Origin: a virus
Length of the DNA stretch: 48,025 nt
Strand: one strand, 5' to 3'
UHGV virus genome: UHGV-0268865
Shown here one piece after another: positions 1 through 9,190 of this stretch; within the stretch, counting starts at the first letter, position 1, and the number at the start of each line of letters is the position of its first letter. The translations under genes were made by a program, and so were the position numbers. Under the pieces are notes generated by a model, which was not told the origin of the DNA, did no database searches, and saw only the letters and a list, made by a program, of their open reading frames with translations.

Positions 1-138
1 ATCACCGTTGGAAGCATCACTCTTCCCTATTCCATCAATCGCCGGGGATGGATCGCCCCAAGCGGCGACGTTATCAAAAACCCATTAAAGGCTCAGCGCC
101 TGGCTGAGCTGATGAACAGTAAGAAGGTGATGGCATGA
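1..138 (+). CDS. 3' part of a small early-left ORF; in frame with the 7-codon ORF fragment at the window end (48005..48025) if the sequence is circular
   Basis: Frame 1 is open from position 1 to the TGA at 136-138, and its stop overlaps the next start (ATGA). Confidence 0.3.
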   Translation: MTVGSITLPYSINRRGWIAPSGDVIKNPLKAQRLAELMNSKKVMA

Positions 139-686
139 CTGACTACACCGGAAGCAAAACTCCAGTTGAGCAGAGAAACCTTTGGCAAACGCCGATCCCT
201 CTGTTCGTCGCTCTGGATGCGGAATTCTGCCTGACACTGGACGCGGCAGCCTCAGCTGATAACGCGCTGTGCAACCGCTATATCACAGAAGAGCAGAACA
301 CGCTTGAAAAGCCATGGACTGATTACCTGAGCATTCCCGGCTACGTCTGGCTGAACCCGCCATACAGCGACATCACGCCGTTTGTTCAGAAAGCAGCTGA
401 TGAATCTAAAAACCAGATCGGCACGGTGATGCTGGTCCCTGCAGATACGTCCGTTGGCTGGTTCCGTGAAGCTATCGAGACAGCCAGCGAGGTACGTTTC
501 ATTGTTGGCGGTCGCCTTGCCTTTATCAATCCGGTATCCGGTAAGCCTGTTAGCGGTAACAACAAAGGGTCAATGCTGATTATCTGGCATCCCTACCCGC
601 GCACCCACTGCCAGTTCACGACCGTTGAGCGTGATGCTCTGCTGAGTTTCGGTGCCCGATTGATAGCCAAACGGGAGGCAGCATGA
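135..686 (+). CDS. Phage Dam-like DNA N6-adenine methyltransferase
   Basis: NPPY catalytic motif (LNPPYSD); about 180 aa, the length of the phage N6A-MTase family; RBS AAGGTGA upstream. Confidence 0.75.
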   Translation: MTDYTGSKTPVEQRNLWQTPIPLFVALDAEFCLTLDAAASADNALCNRYITEEQNTLEKPWTDYLSIPGYVWLNPPYSDITPFVQKAADESKNQIGTVMLVPADTSVGWFREAIETASEVRFIVGGRLAFINPVSGKPVSGNNKGSMLIIWHPYPRTHCQFTTVERDALLSFGARLIAKREAA

Positions 687-904
687 CGCCAGAAGAAAAA
701 GAAAACATCCTCCGCGCCCAGGCTCGTCGCTGCGCAGAAGAGCTAACCAAAGCGATGAGCGTAAAGCCTAAACCGAAGTGGAACGCTGTATGCCCCCCCA
801 TCCTTCGCAAGCACTACGAGATGGTCCGGCCTATGGGCGTCAGCTTAGTCAAATTTGTCAGTGTTATTGGGCGGCTTAGCGGCCGCTATGGAGTGGAATC
901 ATGA
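683..904 (+). CDS. Hypothetical small early protein
   Basis: ATGA-coupled to flanking genes in an operon. Confidence 0.45.
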   Translation: MTPEEKENILRAQARRCAEELTKAMSVKPKPKWNAVCPPILRKHYEMVRPMGVSLVKFVSVIGRLSGRYGVES

Positions 905-1149
905 GCAACCCTATTACTGTCGGCCTGTCAGGCTTAACTAACCGTATCTTTGCTGGGCGATCTAAGCCAAGCAAATTAGCCCCAGGCGTGCGCGAATTCA
1001 CCGGGGAAAAGTTCGATGTTACGGATGATGTTCTGTTTGCTGTAGCCCATCTGATGATTGCCCGCGATGACGTGCTTATTTTCCCTGCGGCAAACGGCAA
1101 GGAAATCCATCTGCGCGCTGACCTCAAAGACAAGGCAGGTGCAGCATGA
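901..1149 (+). CDS. Hypothetical small early protein
   Basis: ATGA-coupled; ends with the conserved ...AGAA* junction. Confidence 0.45.
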   Translation: MSNPITVGLSGLTNRIFAGRSKPSKLAPGVREFTGEKFDVTDDVLFAVAHLMIARDDVLIFPAANGKEIHLRADLKDKAGAA

Positions 1150-1889
1150 AAGAACGCGGAATGATTTTTAACGGGGAAATGGTGCGGGCCATTCTCGACG
1201 GCCGTAAGACGCAGACCCGGCGCCCAGTGAAATTCCCTGTGCATGATAAAAACCTTGGGTGCGAGCTGGCTGGCAATGAACTGGCCGGGGAGCTGTCGGC
1301 AGGCAACTATCTGAACAGCGCATTTGGCAAGCCAGACTATCGAATTTGGGTGCGCGAGACGTGGGGAGTCGTCAGCCACGAACTGGATGAGGATGGTCGA
1401 ATCCAACCATGGACGCCAGACCGACCGGCTACAGCCATTCACGAAATGCCGTTTGGCAATGGCTATTACTCTGGCCACGCCATTTATGCAGCTGATGGTG
1501 ATTTTACCTGGGGTGATGACGATGGTTATGAAGATGGTCGTTCGTGCTGGAAGCCATCCATTCATATGCCGAAAGCAGCAAGCCGCATTCTGCTGGAAAT
1601 CACCGACGTGCGTATGGAGCGATTAAACGCTATCAGCGAAGAGGACGCACAAAGTGAGGGAGTGCATACCGAGGTATGGGACCAGACAGTAGTCGCAAGA
1701 AATTACGCAGTCCGTGATGAGTTTTTCCAGTTTTGGTCCGATGACATGCCCCACTACGTAGAAATGAATCAACTATATCAGTCCTCATTCAGAAGCCTGT
1801 GGGAATCCATCTACGGCGAGGAAAGCTGGAAGGCCAACAGTTGGGTTTGGGTCATTTCGTTCAAGCGCGTTGAAGGCGGTGCAGCATGA
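1146..1889 (+). CDS. ASCH (PUA-like) domain protein
   Basis: N-terminus MIFNGEMVRAILDGRKTQTRR is the typical ASCH signature; the C-terminal extension is unknown. Confidence 0.55.
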   Translation: MKERGMIFNGEMVRAILDGRKTQTRRPVKFPVHDKNLGCELAGNELAGELSAGNYLNSAFGKPDYRIWVRETWGVVSHELDEDGRIQPWTPDRPATAIHEMPFGNGYYSGHAIYAADGDFTWGDDDGYEDGRSCWKPSIHMPKAASRILLEITDVRMERLNAISEEDAQSEGVHTEVWDQTVVARNYAVRDEFFQFWSDDMPHYVEMNQLYQSSFRSLWESIYGEESWKANSWVWVISFKRVEGGAA

Positions 1890-2077
1890 ACAGAGCCTCT
1901 CCCGTTGATTTAAGGAAATGCCTTGAGGCGGCACATGGCCTCGCTCATATCGGCATCCGCTTTGTGCCGATCCCGGTAGCGACAGAGGAAGAGTTCCAGG
2001 CACTGTCTGCCGAGCTTTCACGAAAGCTTGAGCTGATGGCGGTTGAAGCGGAAAAAATCGAAGGCGGTGCAGCATGA
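1886..2077 (+). CDS. Hypothetical small early protein
   Basis: ATGA-coupled; ends with the ...EGGAA* junction motif. Confidence 0.4.
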   Translation: MNRASPVDLRKCLEAAHGLAHIGIRFVPIPVATEEEFQALSAELSRKLELMAVEAEKIEGGAA

Positions 2078-2283
2078 GCAATCCCACTGATGATGAAATC
2101 CTTCAAATATTGCGAGAGCACAACTGGTGCATGACGTATGTCGTAGCCTATTGGCTGCGACAAAAATATAAGGAAATCAATACTCCTTACGTGCTTCGCA
2201 GGCTGAAGAAAATGGAAGTGGCAGGAAGCGTTAAGCGTGTAAAAAGTTTTTATAAGCGACAGATTCGCTGGGAGGCGGTATGA
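2074..2283 (+). CDS. Hypothetical small basic protein
   Basis: Coupled ORF, basic, 69 aa. Confidence 0.4.
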   Translation: MSNPTDDEILQILREHNWCMTYVVAYWLRQKYKEINTPYVLRRLKKMEVAGSVKRVKSFYKRQIRWEAV

Positions 2284-2498
2284 GCGCAGAGATCATCGAT
2301 CAGCCCAACGAGTTAGCGGAACTCCAGCGGGAAGCCGCCATTGCGAAATGTCGCATCAACCATAACGCAGTTTCAGCTACTCACTGCCGCGACTGCGGGG
2401 AAGAGATACCCGAGCGGCGCCGGGAACTGGTGGCGGGATGCCTGCGCTGTGCTGATTGCCAAGAAGAGTTTGAAGAACGTGGTAAGCACCTGAGGTGA
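2280..2498 (+). CDS. TraR/DksA-family C4 zinc-finger protein
   Basis: CRDCGEEIP...17 aa...CLRCADC gives the Cx2C-x17-Cx2C pattern of the phage TraR/DksA family. Confidence 0.7.
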   Translation: MSAEIIDQPNELAELQREAAIAKCRINHNAVSATHCRDCGEEIPERRRELVAGCLRCADCQEEFEERGKHLR

Positions 2499-2501
2499 TT
2501 T

Positions 2502-2636
2502 ATGTGGGTAATGATGAAGCTTAAACGCACTGGAGAAGAGGTGTTTTTCCAGTATTACGACAGCAGGGAAGCGGCTGAAATGGCGGTTAAGATTATGAAC
2601 TCCATCGCCAGCGGCTGGGAATTCTATATCAGATAA
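2502..2636 (+). CDS. Small hypothetical protein (44 aa)
   Basis: Strong RBS GAGGTGA 3 nt before the ATG; not in the ORF track because it is under 60 aa. Confidence 0.35.
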   Translation: MWVMMKLKRTGEEVFFQYYDSREAAEMAVKIMNSIASGWEFYIR

Positions 2637-2657
2637 AGAATGCAGCAGAGGTGATGC

Positions 2658-2903
2658 ATGCAAACAATAATCCAGATCGAGCCAAACGAATGGGTTTCAG
2701 AGGACTTGCTGATGGCGGTCACTGGGATGAAGCGCGGCACTATTACACGGGCCCGTAAATCATCCTGGCTGCTTGGGCGTGAGTATAAGCACGTTTCCCC
2801 TGAAGGAGAGCCAAAGCCAACCAGCGAATGCATGTACAACCGCAAAGCGGTAGACGCATGGATTCAGGCGCAAAAGCAACCATTGGGTGATCGGGCGGTA
2901 TGA
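2658..2903 (+). CDS. xis: Excisionase-like protein
   Basis: 81-aa ORF immediately upstream of the integrase in the same orientation with RBS GAGGTGA; resembles excisionase-like proteins of enterobacterial lambdoid phages. Confidence 0.55.
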   Translation: MQTIIQIEPNEWVSEDLLMAVTGMKRGTITRARKSSWLLGREYKHVSPEGEPKPTSECMYNRKAVDAWIQAQKQPLGDRAV

Positions 2904-2945
2904 AACAGGTAAACTTGCAACGCTCCTGGACGTCGGGAGGGATAA

Positions 2946-4205
2946 ATGAGTAAAGAATCATACCCAACGGGCGTTGAGAACCACGGAAAATCACTCCGCA
3001 TATGGTTCATTTTTAAAGGTAAGCGTGTCAGGGAAAATCTCGGTGTCCCTGACACCGCTAAAAACAGGAAGGTGGCCGGGGATCTGAGAACGTCAGTTTG
3101 TTTCGCTATCCGCATGGGGACCTTTGACTATGCGGTGCAATTCCCCAACTCGCCAAATCTGAAAACTTTCGGCATCGGCAAGAAAGATATCACCGTGAAA
3201 GATCTGTCTGAAAAATGGCTTGAACTTAAACGGATGGAGATCTGCGCTAATGCCATAAACAGATATGAATCGGTAGTGAGAAGTATGCTGCCGAGGATTG
3301 GCGAGAAAAAGCTGGTTTCGTCTGTGACAAGGGAAGAACTGCTCTATATCAGGAAGGATATGCTGGCGGGGCAGAAAGGGTTGAGTGTGGTGACGGTAAA
3401 CTACTACATGACCACGATAGCGGGTATGTTTCAGTTTGCTGCTGATAATGGCTATGTAAGTGAAAACCCATTTAACGGCATTAAGCCGCTAAAGAGGGCC
3501 AGGATAGAACCAGATCCGCTCACACGTGACGAATTCGTTCGCTTCATTGATGCCTGCAAGCATCAGCAAACGAAAAACCTGTGGTCAATCGCGGTATACA
3601 CAGGATTACGCCACGGTGAACTGGTCTCACTCGCATGGGAAGACATAGATCTGAAAGCGGGAACGATGACCGTACGCAGAAATTATACGAAACTCGGTGA
3701 TTTCACTCTACCAAAAACCGAAGCCGGCACCGACAGGGTTGTGCATCTTATTAAGCCAGCCATTGACGCTTTGAGGGACCAGGCAGAAATGACCAGGCTA
3801 GGAAGACAACACAAGGTTGAGGTACAACTTCGGGAGTATGGACGGACGGCTATGCATGACTGCACATTTGTTTTCAATCCTCAATTGGTAAAAAAAAGTG
3901 GCAACGTGGGCTATCTGTATAAAGCAGATTCAGTAGGTGATTCATGGGACACGGCCCTTAAACGGTCAGGTTTAAGACACCGCAAAGCGTATCAGTCGCG
4001 ACACACTTACGCCTGCTGGTCGCTGTCTGCCGGGGCCAACCCGAGTTTCATTGCCAGCCAGATGGGACACGCCAGCGCCCAGATGGTTTTCAATGTTTAC
4101 GGCGCCTGGATGGCCGATAGCAGCAGCGATCAGATTGCCATGTTGAACCAGAAATTATCAGACTTTGCCCCATCCATGCCCCACGGCATGGTCATAGGAA
4201 TATGA
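2946..4205 (+). CDS. int: Tyrosine integrase with an N-terminal arm-binding domain
   Basis: N-terminal IRIWFxFKGKRxRE...FDYAVQFPNS arm-type domain; C-terminal catalytic R...HxxR...Y signature (LRHGEL, SRHTYACW, NVYGAW). Confidence 0.9.
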   Translation: MSKESYPTGVENHGKSLRIWFIFKGKRVRENLGVPDTAKNRKVAGDLRTSVCFAIRMGTFDYAVQFPNSPNLKTFGIGKKDITVKDLSEKWLELKRMEICANAINRYESVVRSMLPRIGEKKLVSSVTREELLYIRKDMLAGQKGLSVVTVNYYMTTIAGMFQFAADNGYVSENPFNGIKPLKRARIEPDPLTRDEFVRFIDACKHQQTKNLWSIAVYTGLRHGELVSLAWEDIDLKAGTMTVRRNYTKLGDFTLPKTEAGTDRVVHLIKPAIDALRDQAEMTRLGRQHKVEVQLREYGRTAMHDCTFVFNPQLVKKSGNVGYLYKADSVGDSWDTALKRSGLRHRKAYQSRHTYACWSLSAGANPSFIASQMGHASAQMVFNVYGAWMADSSSDQIAMLNQKLSDFAPSMPHGMVIGI

Positions 4206-4390
4206 GAATGATATAAATCAGCAAGTTAACGCATCACGCCCGCCACTTTAACTGCGTGACGCGGTAAATTTAAAAATCGACAAATATCGTCCAGGAGCGC
4301 CATTTTTAATGGCTGGAGATAGCGATTAACGTGCGTTGTTTGCAATATTTAGCGACTTTTGCTGATTTCTCATGCCCCACCTATGCCCCA
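4206..4390. other. Candidate attP region between the convergent int and tail-fibre genes
   Basis: 185-bp non-coding gap; imperfect inverted repeat GCATCACGC-N13-GCGTGACGC; position matches lambda attP between the b region and int. Confidence 0.4.
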
Positions 4391-5449
4391 TTAAGCCAAT
4401 TCCTCGATAATAACGATCCCATTCTGACCATCTGCACCAGGATTAACCGGCTTTGAAGGACCATTGGAACATCCAGACGCCCCGCCGCCATATCCACCGC
4501 CATTGTTAGCCGGAGTGTTTATGGCCGGAATAGAGCCCCCTACGCCAAGTTGACTATTTGCTCCGCGCGAAGCGATTGCATATTCAGTTGAAATAGCTGA
4601 TGCACATTCAGACCCCGGGCCACTTATCCCGACAATATTCCATCCGGTAGGGCTGTTCGAGTTTGTGTTCGCCACCGGCTGAAATGGAGGATTAGCCGGA
4701 CCCGCAGGCAGGCCCGCTTTGCCGCCGGGAGCAGAAATCAGCGTTCCTACGGAACTGGTCCCGCCATCTTCCCCATAAAGAGAGGATGCAGTCCCGCCTT
4801 TCCCGCCCAGGCCAATAGTGATCATTACTGAGGTTAATGCTGATACGTCATAAATTCCCTCGGCGTATGCGCCAGCCCCGCCGCCATTGCTAATCGAAAC
4901 CTGACCAGCACCGGTCGCCGGCGCAGCAGAACTACCGCCCCCGGCCCCCAAAATTCTAATCCGCCATTTTGTTGCGCCAGGTGTTTTCGTGAACGTTCCG
5001 GTGCTCGTCACGACACGCGGAACGCCCATAAGGCGACCATTGATCGTGCCATCTGACGAGCCGAGATTTAATAACGCCTGTCTTACCGCCTCACTTCCTT
5101 CGGCTGCAATTTCAGAAAAATTATTTGCGATCTGCAGGCAGGAAAGGAAAGACCCCGCGGTCAACATATTTGCCACAATATCATTCGTTGACCAGACTCT
5201 TGCCGAGGTACCTTCACGCCCTCGCTGCACAGTCATCACATCACCAGACACTGAGGTAACGTGCATGATTTCCGTAATTAATTTAGTCGCGGCATCAACA
5301 ATGGTTAATTTGAAATAGCTTTGACCTGATACGGGCTGAGGAAATAAGCCACCTGTTCCGCTACTCACTGTAATAACAGTCGCAGATGCGCTAATTCCTG
5401 ACGCGAGGACGCTTTTAGCATTGTTATTAGCCAGTAGTTTTAGCGCCAT
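4391..5449 (-). CDS. Tail fibre protein, glycine-rich collagen-like C-terminal region (paralog of 8146..9189)
   Basis: GGGSSAAPATGAGQVSISNGGGAGAYAEG block shared with 8146..9189; GGAGGAG RBS before the ATG at 5449, and the ORF-track start at 5509 has no RBS. Confidence 0.6.
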   Translation of the reverse strand: MALKLLANNNAKSVLASGISASATVITVSSGTGGLFPQPVSGQSYFKLTIVDAATKLITEIMHVTSVSGDVMTVQRGREGTSARVWSTNDIVANMLTAGSFLSCLQIANNFSEIAAEGSEAVRQALLNLGSSDGTINGRLMGVPRVVTSTGTFTKTPGATKWRIRILGAGGGSSAAPATGAGQVSISNGGGAGAYAEGIYDVSALTSVMITIGLGGKGGTASSLYGEDGGTSSVGTLISAPGGKAGLPAGPANPPFQPVANTNSNSPTGWNIVGISGPGSECASAISTEYAIASRGANSQLGVGGSIPAINTPANNGGGYGGGASGCSNGPSKPVNPGADGQNGIVIIEELA

Positions 5450-5546
5450 GACTCCTCCAAAAATGAAATGTAATTCAAGAGAGATTGCGGCTATCGATTT
5501 ATAGCGCAACAGTAACCCACTGATTCACCATCCCTGGCAGCTTTAC

Positions 5547-5834
5547 TTACACTACAACTGCCCCGGAAAACTCATCCAGACCCATGATTTGCGCTTGCGC
5601 CTGGCTGAAAATATCTCCATTAAGCCAGGTTATCGGGAATGAGCGCACATCGCCGTTAGATGACCCATTCACTGTGGTTTCCAGGTATGCGGTCCCCGTT
5701 CCGTCCGGGAAAACCGATACACTGGTAACCGTCATGATTAGCTCCGCGCTCTGGGCCTGAGAGCCAATCACAACGCCGTTTGATACCAGGCTCACCTGAA
5801 CCTCTTTCGTGATTTTAAATGCCATAGTTTTCAC
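5547..5834 (-). CDS. Hypothetical tail-fibre-associated protein
   Basis: Small ORF between the tailspike and the distal fibre. Confidence 0.4.
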   Translation of the reverse strand: MKTMAFKITKEVQVSLVSNGVVIGSQAQSAELIMTVTSVSVFPDGTGTAYLETTVNGSSNGDVRSFPITWLNGDIFSQAQAQIMGLDEFSGAVVV

Positions 5835-5835
5835 C

Positions 5836-8136
5836 TTATGAATACGGGACTTGTTTAACCGGGGTAGCTGTACTTACCGTGCCACTTATAAAGTTCGTAC
5901 CAGCTTTCTTTATCTCCGCAGCACTTCCGGAAGTAGGCAGCGGCGCACTTATGGCGGTAGCGCCGATGACATCGCAGCTATCCAGATCAACGGTAGTACC
6001 GGCATAGCAGAATAAAGCCGTACCCGCAGCGCACTGGATAAACGAATCCGCGAACTTGAGGCGAGCGCTGTTATTGGTGTATACGGCCCTCCCGTTTCCG
6101 GTGTTATTTGCCGTAAATCCGGAGAAAATGTTTTTAAGACCGCCATCAACATAAACCAGGGCGTCTGACGTTGCGCCGTTAACGGTAACGTCGCGAAATT
6201 TGCCGTAGTTGGCGTTAATGTAAACTGCCCTGCCTGCGCTGCCCGTATAGCGCACGGTGTCACCCTGAACAGAGAACCAGAAGTTGATGACATTAGGTGT
6301 GACGTGATGGTTGTGGTGCCAGGTTCTGTCCGTCTGAGTATTGCTCGGAATGGATACCGACTGGGCCTGAGAACTAAATAACTTGTTACTGTGGAATGAC
6401 ATTCGTGAAACTGGCATAGAGCCGCCTTCCTGATAGGCAGTTCCTTTGGTAATAATCCGGTTATCGTGGATGTTTACATCCGTTGACACAAAGCCCTGAT
6501 ACATACCGGCAGACAACGTTATTCTGTTGATAATGACGTTATCATGAACATGGGAATCTGCCGCATAGGTACAATAAATCCCTACACCGTTATTATCCCG
6601 CATCATATTGTCTGCGCAGATATAATCGGTCACGTTACGCAGTGTAATACCTGATCCGTCGGCTGTAGGTTTCGTCGTATCAGAATTAAAAAATCCGTTA
6701 CGTCGACAAATATTACCGTTAAAAACGCCTGCTATCGGGACTGGCGAAGACCCTGTGTAGTTAATATCAATACCGTCCGCAGCATTTTCACGGCAGATGT
6801 TGTATGAAATGTTCACGCCATCATAATCCGGATGTGGGCCATACTGCATCCCGGATACACCATTCATGAGGCACCAGTTAGTCGTGAAGGTTAAATCCCC
6901 GACACCGTAACACCAGAACCCATTTCCGCCGTTATCAATCAGTGAAAGCCCGCGAACGGTCAGCCCCCGGATGCCTCCGGCATCAATACCATTACCGTAG
7001 CGCCCGGTAATCCCCGTGCTAGAGCTATTTACATAAGTCCCTTTGCTGCCGTTATTTGAAATCAGGCAATTCAACACACTGACGTTAGTTACGTTGTAAA
7101 TTGATAACCCAACCGATTTCGAACGGTCAGGATTAGAAATCGTTACCCCTTCAAATTTAAAGTTATCGCCACCTGCATCTACAGACACAGCCTCATATTT
7201 ATTTTCAATTCTTCCTGAGCCTTTAATATTTACATCTTTTTCTGTCACTAGGAGGAAAGAATAAGGTGAACGACGATTACTTTCAGACCAGGTGAAATCA
7301 CCGACAGGATTATGCTTCGTAACGCCATCAATGATTATTGTTAATCCCGCCGACGGAATATGTGTGTCAAAAAATTCATAATCAGCAGGCATCCATAGCG
7401 TTCTGGTCGGGTGCTCGGCTGCCGCAGCCATTGCGAGCCGGAGAGCCTCATCGTGGGTTATGTCTCCGGTACCAGAGCCAAACATCTCAGGAGTAACAAA
7501 AGGCAGCCCGCCGATGAGTTTCGATCCGTCGCTTGCAGCCATGTTCTGGCGAAGCGTATCACCATCCATCAGAACAAAGTGGGTAACGTCGTTCGCAAAG
7601 CTGTTTGCATCGGTTCCAGTGGTAGTGAATCCGGTGTCAGTAGCAGCATTCAGACGGTAATACTGGTTGTTGTATCGGATGTACTGATTGCGTGCACTGA
7701 ACTGGAAGGGGCCGTCTTCGTAGCCGCCGAGAAATACATAGCCTGAAGAGATAAGGAATTGTTGAAAACGATCTTCTTTCTCAGTCTGAGATAAGTTAAA
7801 ATCAGAATCCATTTGCACCTGAGATGTTAAGAATGCATCTTCTTTAGTCTGCTGGGCTAATTCAAATTCACTCCTTTGACTTTGCATCTGAGATTCGAAT
7901 TCGGCTTCTTTTTCGGAAATCTCGAAATCAATCCTCGCTGATAATCCAGTGGCAATGTCTTTCGTTTCATCGAGATACATTCCTGAAGCTATAGCGGCAT
8001 TCTTAGCCTCATCGACAGATTCAGCAATATCAATGATTGGCTTTTCTATGCTTAGCGCATACTGCTTAGCTTCAGCCGCGCTAACTGCTGCACTGGCCGC
8101 AAACTGCGCAGTCTGTTGGGTATCAGTAATTGCCAT
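5836..8136 (-). CDS. Tailspike with a right-handed parallel beta-helix domain (probable polysaccharide depolymerase)
   Basis: Periodic Gly/Asn/Asp/Ile-rich turns (NGVGIYC, HDNVIINRI, HDNRIITKG) typical of the pectate-lyase fold; N-terminal anchor domain. Confidence 0.65.
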   Translation of the reverse strand: MAITDTQQTAQFAASAAVSAAEAKQYALSIEKPIIDIAESVDEAKNAAIASGMYLDETKDIATGLSARIDFEISEKEAEFESQMQSQRSEFELAQQTKEDAFLTSQVQMDSDFNLSQTEKEDRFQQFLISSGYVFLGGYEDGPFQFSARNQYIRYNNQYYRLNAATDTGFTTTGTDANSFANDVTHFVLMDGDTLRQNMAASDGSKLIGGLPFVTPEMFGSGTGDITHDEALRLAMAAAAEHPTRTLWMPADYEFFDTHIPSAGLTIIIDGVTKHNPVGDFTWSESNRRSPYSFLLVTEKDVNIKGSGRIENKYEAVSVDAGGDNFKFEGVTISNPDRSKSVGLSIYNVTNVSVLNCLISNNGSKGTYVNSSSTGITGRYGNGIDAGGIRGLTVRGLSLIDNGGNGFWCYGVGDLTFTTNWCLMNGVSGMQYGPHPDYDGVNISYNICRENAADGIDINYTGSSPVPIAGVFNGNICRRNGFFNSDTTKPTADGSGITLRNVTDYICADNMMRDNNGVGIYCTYAADSHVHDNVIINRITLSAGMYQGFVSTDVNIHDNRIITKGTAYQEGGSMPVSRMSFHSNKLFSSQAQSVSIPSNTQTDRTWHHNHHVTPNVINFWFSVQGDTVRYTGSAGRAVYINANYGKFRDVTVNGATSDALVYVDGGLKNIFSGFTANNTGNGRAVYTNNSARLKFADSFIQCAAGTALFCYAGTTVDLDSCDVIGATAISAPLPTSGSAAEIKKAGTNFISGTVSTATPVKQVPYS

Positions 8137-8145
8137 CTTTTATTC

Positions 8146-9189
8146 TCATGAATATTCGTAAATAACTACAATCCCAGACTTGCCGCTGGCACCATTTACT
8201 GCCGGAGAGGATGGTCCTTGTGAAGAACCAGATGCGCCTGAACCATATGCCTGTCCATCAATAGCCGGATCTCCAAATGATGGCACCCATCCCCCGCCTC
8301 CAAAAACGCTACTTGCCCCAGGTGATCCGAGGAATGACTGGGTTGCGTTAGCGTATGCAGGTGTAGATGGGGCTCCTGGAGAGCCTATGATATTGGCACC
8401 AGACGGAGCGCTTGATGCGACATTACCCTGAGGAAGAAAAGGTGGATTTGCTGGTCCGGCAGATGGCCCTCTTGTTCCGCCAGGCGCAACCATCAGCGAT
8501 CCAAATGAGCTTGAACCACCAACAGAGCCAACCGGAGATGCTGCGGTCCCTCCCTGTCCGCCAGCGCCAACAACGATGCTAATGCTGGTGAAATTTATTG
8601 AAAATCTACCCTTTGCATATGACCCGGCCCCACCACCTGAAACTATTGACACCTGCCCCGCTCCAGTGGCTGGGGCGGCGTCGCTCCCACCACCACCGCC
8701 AACCATTTCAACAACAGCCGACTTTGTACCGGGGGTTGGCGTATAGGTGCCGGATGATAAAAATGTCTGCACGTTCAGGAGTCGTCCGGATGAATAATTA
8801 ATCCATCCAATACCGCCAGCATCAGGATTTGTCGTGTTATTTTCGATAGTGCTTTGCCAGAATCCATCCCTGGCTGAATTGATAAGAATCGCGCCTTTTG
8901 GGTATCCACCGATAGCTGCCGAAAATGCAGAGTCGAATGTATAGAAACCTCCTGCTTGCTCCCATTGAAGGCGAGTATAGGCATCATTAAAAATCCCATT
9001 AAAATCCTGCCCTTTTGGCGGCTTACCGCCAGCAGATAGAGCGATGCGGGTCAGCGGAGGAAATCCTGAGTCCATCGCCGCAAGGCCATCAGCCAACGTT
9101 TCAGAGGTGGAATTGACCGGGATCGTGTTTTTGTCGCCACTCGCAGAAAAAACAACCGTCAGACGTGACGGCATGGCTGAATTGTTCAA
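8146..9189 (-). CDS. Tail fibre protein, glycine-rich (paralog of 4391..5449)
   Basis: GGGGSDAAPATGAGQVSIVSGGGAGSYAKG and the downstream Gly-rich blocks are shared with the other fibre; AGGAGG RBS before a TTG start. Confidence 0.6.
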   Translation of the reverse strand: MNNSAMPSRLTVVFSASGDKNTIPVNSTSETLADGLAAMDSGFPPLTRIALSAGGKPPKGQDFNGIFNDAYTRLQWEQAGGFYTFDSAFSAAIGGYPKGAILINSARDGFWQSTIENNTTNPDAGGIGWINYSSGRLLNVQTFLSSGTYTPTPGTKSAVVEMVGGGGGSDAAPATGAGQVSIVSGGGAGSYAKGRFSINFTSISIVVGAGGQGGTAASPVGSVGGSSSFGSLMVAPGGTRGPSAGPANPPFLPQGNVASSAPSGANIIGSPGAPSTPAYANATQSFLGSPGASSVFGGGGWVPSFGDPAIDGQAYGSGASGSSQGPSSPAVNGASGKSGIVVIYEYS

Positions 9190-9190
9190 T

